Origin: Basidiobolus meristosporus CBS 931.73
Lineage: Eukaryota; Fungi; Basidiobolomycota
Length of the DNA: 64,000 nucleotides
Direction of reading: 5' to 3'
NCBI GenBank assembly: GCA_002104905.1
Contig: MCFE01000019.1
Coordinates: 124,001-188,000, forward strand
Part shown: positions 61,548 to 64,000 of the stretch, in pieces
Numbering within the stretch: position 1 is the stretch's first letter
Layout of the letters: every line of letters begins with the position of its first letter
Program-made: the position numbers and the translations under genes
Notes under the pieces: generated by a model
What the model was told of the DNA's origin: nothing
What the model saw: only the letters and a program-made list of their open reading frames with translations
Database searches by the model: none

Positions 61548-62104
61548 ACGTGATATTCAGGGTCTCGGTAACTATTTGGATTGTTGGTCACTTTGTATTG
61601 CGCGTATCTTGTACTCCAACCAAGATTTGGACTCAGTTTATGTTATTGATACATTGTCGTTGAAAAATTGCTATAAACCATCGTTTTCAAACTTATTGTC
61701 GTATCGTCCATACATATTTGAGGGATTTGATAAGATTGGGCGTCTACCCATTGACACATCAATCGGATGACCTGGTTTGTTGGTTAATTACACATGCGTG
61801 TACACAAAGGGACACCAGTAGGATTAGGGTACGTGATCAAATCAAATCTCGGCCTGTAACCAGATTCTGCATCCATTCTCTTCATCTCGATTGTGCCTAC
61901 AGCTCGAGTGTCAATCATCAAGGTCCATTCAGTGATGACCTAATGCCAACGACAATCAATAATCGTCACAAATGAAATCTTATCTAATCCAGATTAGTTG
62001 CGATTTCGGGGGTTATTGCATTCGAGCCAGTACAAGTATAAGCCAAATGTTTAGCGCTGGTGTTCAAACTTACATCAGTTCAGACTTACTTGGGTTCATT
62101 GACC

Positions 62105-64000
62105 ATGGACTGGTATGCATTTCAACCCCGATGTTAACGGTGTCGGATTATTTAGATACTCATGGAAACCGATCTCATTGTAGGCTAGAATATAATTTGC
62201 ACGAGCTCATTTTGGATGAGATTGCAGGGGTACTCACAACGGAAGATTACCCATCTTCTGAAGATGTCGGGAGATTCTTGAATCAATGCCCGGAAGAAAC
62301 GAGCTCTGCTATATTAGAAACGGAAAATGCCAAATATCCCGTGATGGTAAGGCTTCCATTCTAGGAAGTGTCAAGGTGTTTGTTAACGTTTCCCTTCCTT
62401 TCAGTCCATTAGAAACCAGAAAGCCATCAAAACTCTGGCGAAATTTTGTGCGGACACGAAGGATTATGACATCTCGAGCTTGGTGCAGCTACTGACCCGA
62501 TATATGGAGAACCTAACGTTCTACGACTACGAGGAATCTCACAGTTGGAAAGGTATTTCCAACCTTTTTTAAAGTGTAATATAGATGTACGGCCCCCTCA
62601 ACCTGGCTCATTTCGGTTCAAGTGCGCTCGCCCCAGGATGAGTTTGCCTTTGATCTGGTGTTTTGGCTACTAAAGACTGGCCTGATTCACGAGGAGTATC
62701 GGGATCTATTATCCGATGCTATTATTCGTAGCTTTACTTTATACGGGAAAATGCTGAGCATCGACAAAAGTAGCGTACTTCTAGCTTTCGATGGCGCGTT
62801 TCAATAGCGAACTAATCATTCAACCATTATAACAGGCGATCGAATTTGCACAGTAATTTTGCCGTTACTAAACGGATTCCTTCGAGCTATCGAAGAGAGC
62901 TCATTTGCTTGGAACTGTTCTTCTTTCGGGAAAGCCATGGATTTAGCAAAAACATTATTAGTAGACGATACATTAGACGCCATCAGGAATGCTGTTTCTC
63001 ATGTAAATGAAAACACGGAGCTTACTTATGCGAGGGGCTTTCTGCAGAAGTATTGGGAAAGTGAACCTCTGTCGAGCAACATGCTGATTTATCGATTCCT
63101 GGCTTGCATAAGGAACATTCTCATCCGTCAGCTCGAGTATACCGAGAAGCAAGACAAGTTGAATTTCAACGGGTTCAAACACCTTTGGCACGCGTTGTCT
63201 TCTGCGAATGTTGTCTCCAATTTACCCGAAACGGAGGCATCGAAGAAAGATCTCCGAGCGGCCTACGTAATGTCTCTGAAATACTTCAGCGATATTAAGC
63301 AGTATATGGATGAACTTGAATACCCCAGTAAGGATTTCGTATCAGAGCTGTACTGCACAAATATCTTGGTGTCCAGTTTGGTTTGTTGAGAATTCATCAT
63401 TGTTTAACACGAAGGCGACCTCTAACTCCCCCAATAGGAGGTTGCTACATTAAGCAGCCTTCACATGAACGAGATCGACGAAGGGATCCTTTCGAAAACC
63501 GAGGAATATCTCAATCGAGGATTTAGAAAAGGCTCATTGAGTAACGACATCGATGTTACAGTTTCATGCCTTGACGCCTGCTCTGTATTAGCCTTTCAGT
63601 CAGTGACCGAATAGTATTCTGGTTTTAATTGGGTTATCTTGTACTAAATCCGTGGGTTCTAGGTATCCCGAGCTAACCTTGCAAGTTATCCATATGATTA
63701 CCAAGTTTCTGAGCTCTCCTTCTCTGCTGTTGAGAAAAAATCGAAGCCACACGGAAGATACGGTGCTTGACTATGCCATAGCTAAACTTGGAAAGTGCCT
63801 CGAGGTATGTGTGAACTCTATATATGATGTCCCCTCACAGAAAATCAACATTTTGGTATTAGACATTAGATGGCGAGGAAACCACACTCTCCACCATCTA
63901 TTCCTTGCTTAATACGCTATACTCGATTGATAACGAATCCGCGAGGAAAGGAAGCATGTCTGAGGAAGATAAAGCTATCTGCGCCAACGTCATCACCGCG
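62105..64000 (+). CDS. STT4: Probable phosphatidylinositol 4-kinase alpha (Stt4) N-terminal region, runs off window
   Basis: Spliced start MDW|LEYNLHELILDEIAGVL...FLNQCP, later YPELTLQVIHMITKFLSSPS and YAIAKLGKCLE resemble the fungal Stt4 N-terminal solenoid. The kinase domain is not in the window. Confidence 0.65.

Overview
Eukaryotic, fungal DNA with short GT-AG introns, a chitin synthase, Pcl-type cyclins and ATP14. Gene style is most consistent with an early-diverging lineage (Mucoromycota/Zoopagomycota, e.g. Basidiobolus-like); this is inference only. Bases 1-3013 are a nest of decayed Ty1/copia elements (pol remnant, gag remnant, two full 349-bp LTRs, LTR fragments, PBS, PPTs), with no CpG in the first 2217 bp. 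The rest holds about 21 genes, mostly conserved housekeeping: SHY1/SURF1, VID27, two Pcl-type cyclins, chitin synthase, MRPL34, RPS5, DCN1, a PHD-finger protein, PRP5, COG1, tomosyn/SRO7, EMC4, an HSF-domain factor, ARG1, a P450, LSM4, ATP14, CTR9, RPL2 and the 5' part of STT4. The stand-out is a single uninterrupted 1197-aa ORF (37502-41095, minus). It fuses a soluble flavodoxin + FAD/NAD(P)H (diflavin reductase) module to a complete class-I-type hybrid cluster protein (Hcp/prismane) with all cluster ligands intact. It is a candidate self-sufficient NAD(P)H-driven NO/hydroxylamine reductase with a bacterial-type catalytic half. It sits in a loosely packed 16-kb block with a divergently transcribed HSF-type regulator, argininosuccinate synthase and an atypical P450. 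Exon boundaries were read by eye and are approximate; no database searches were run.
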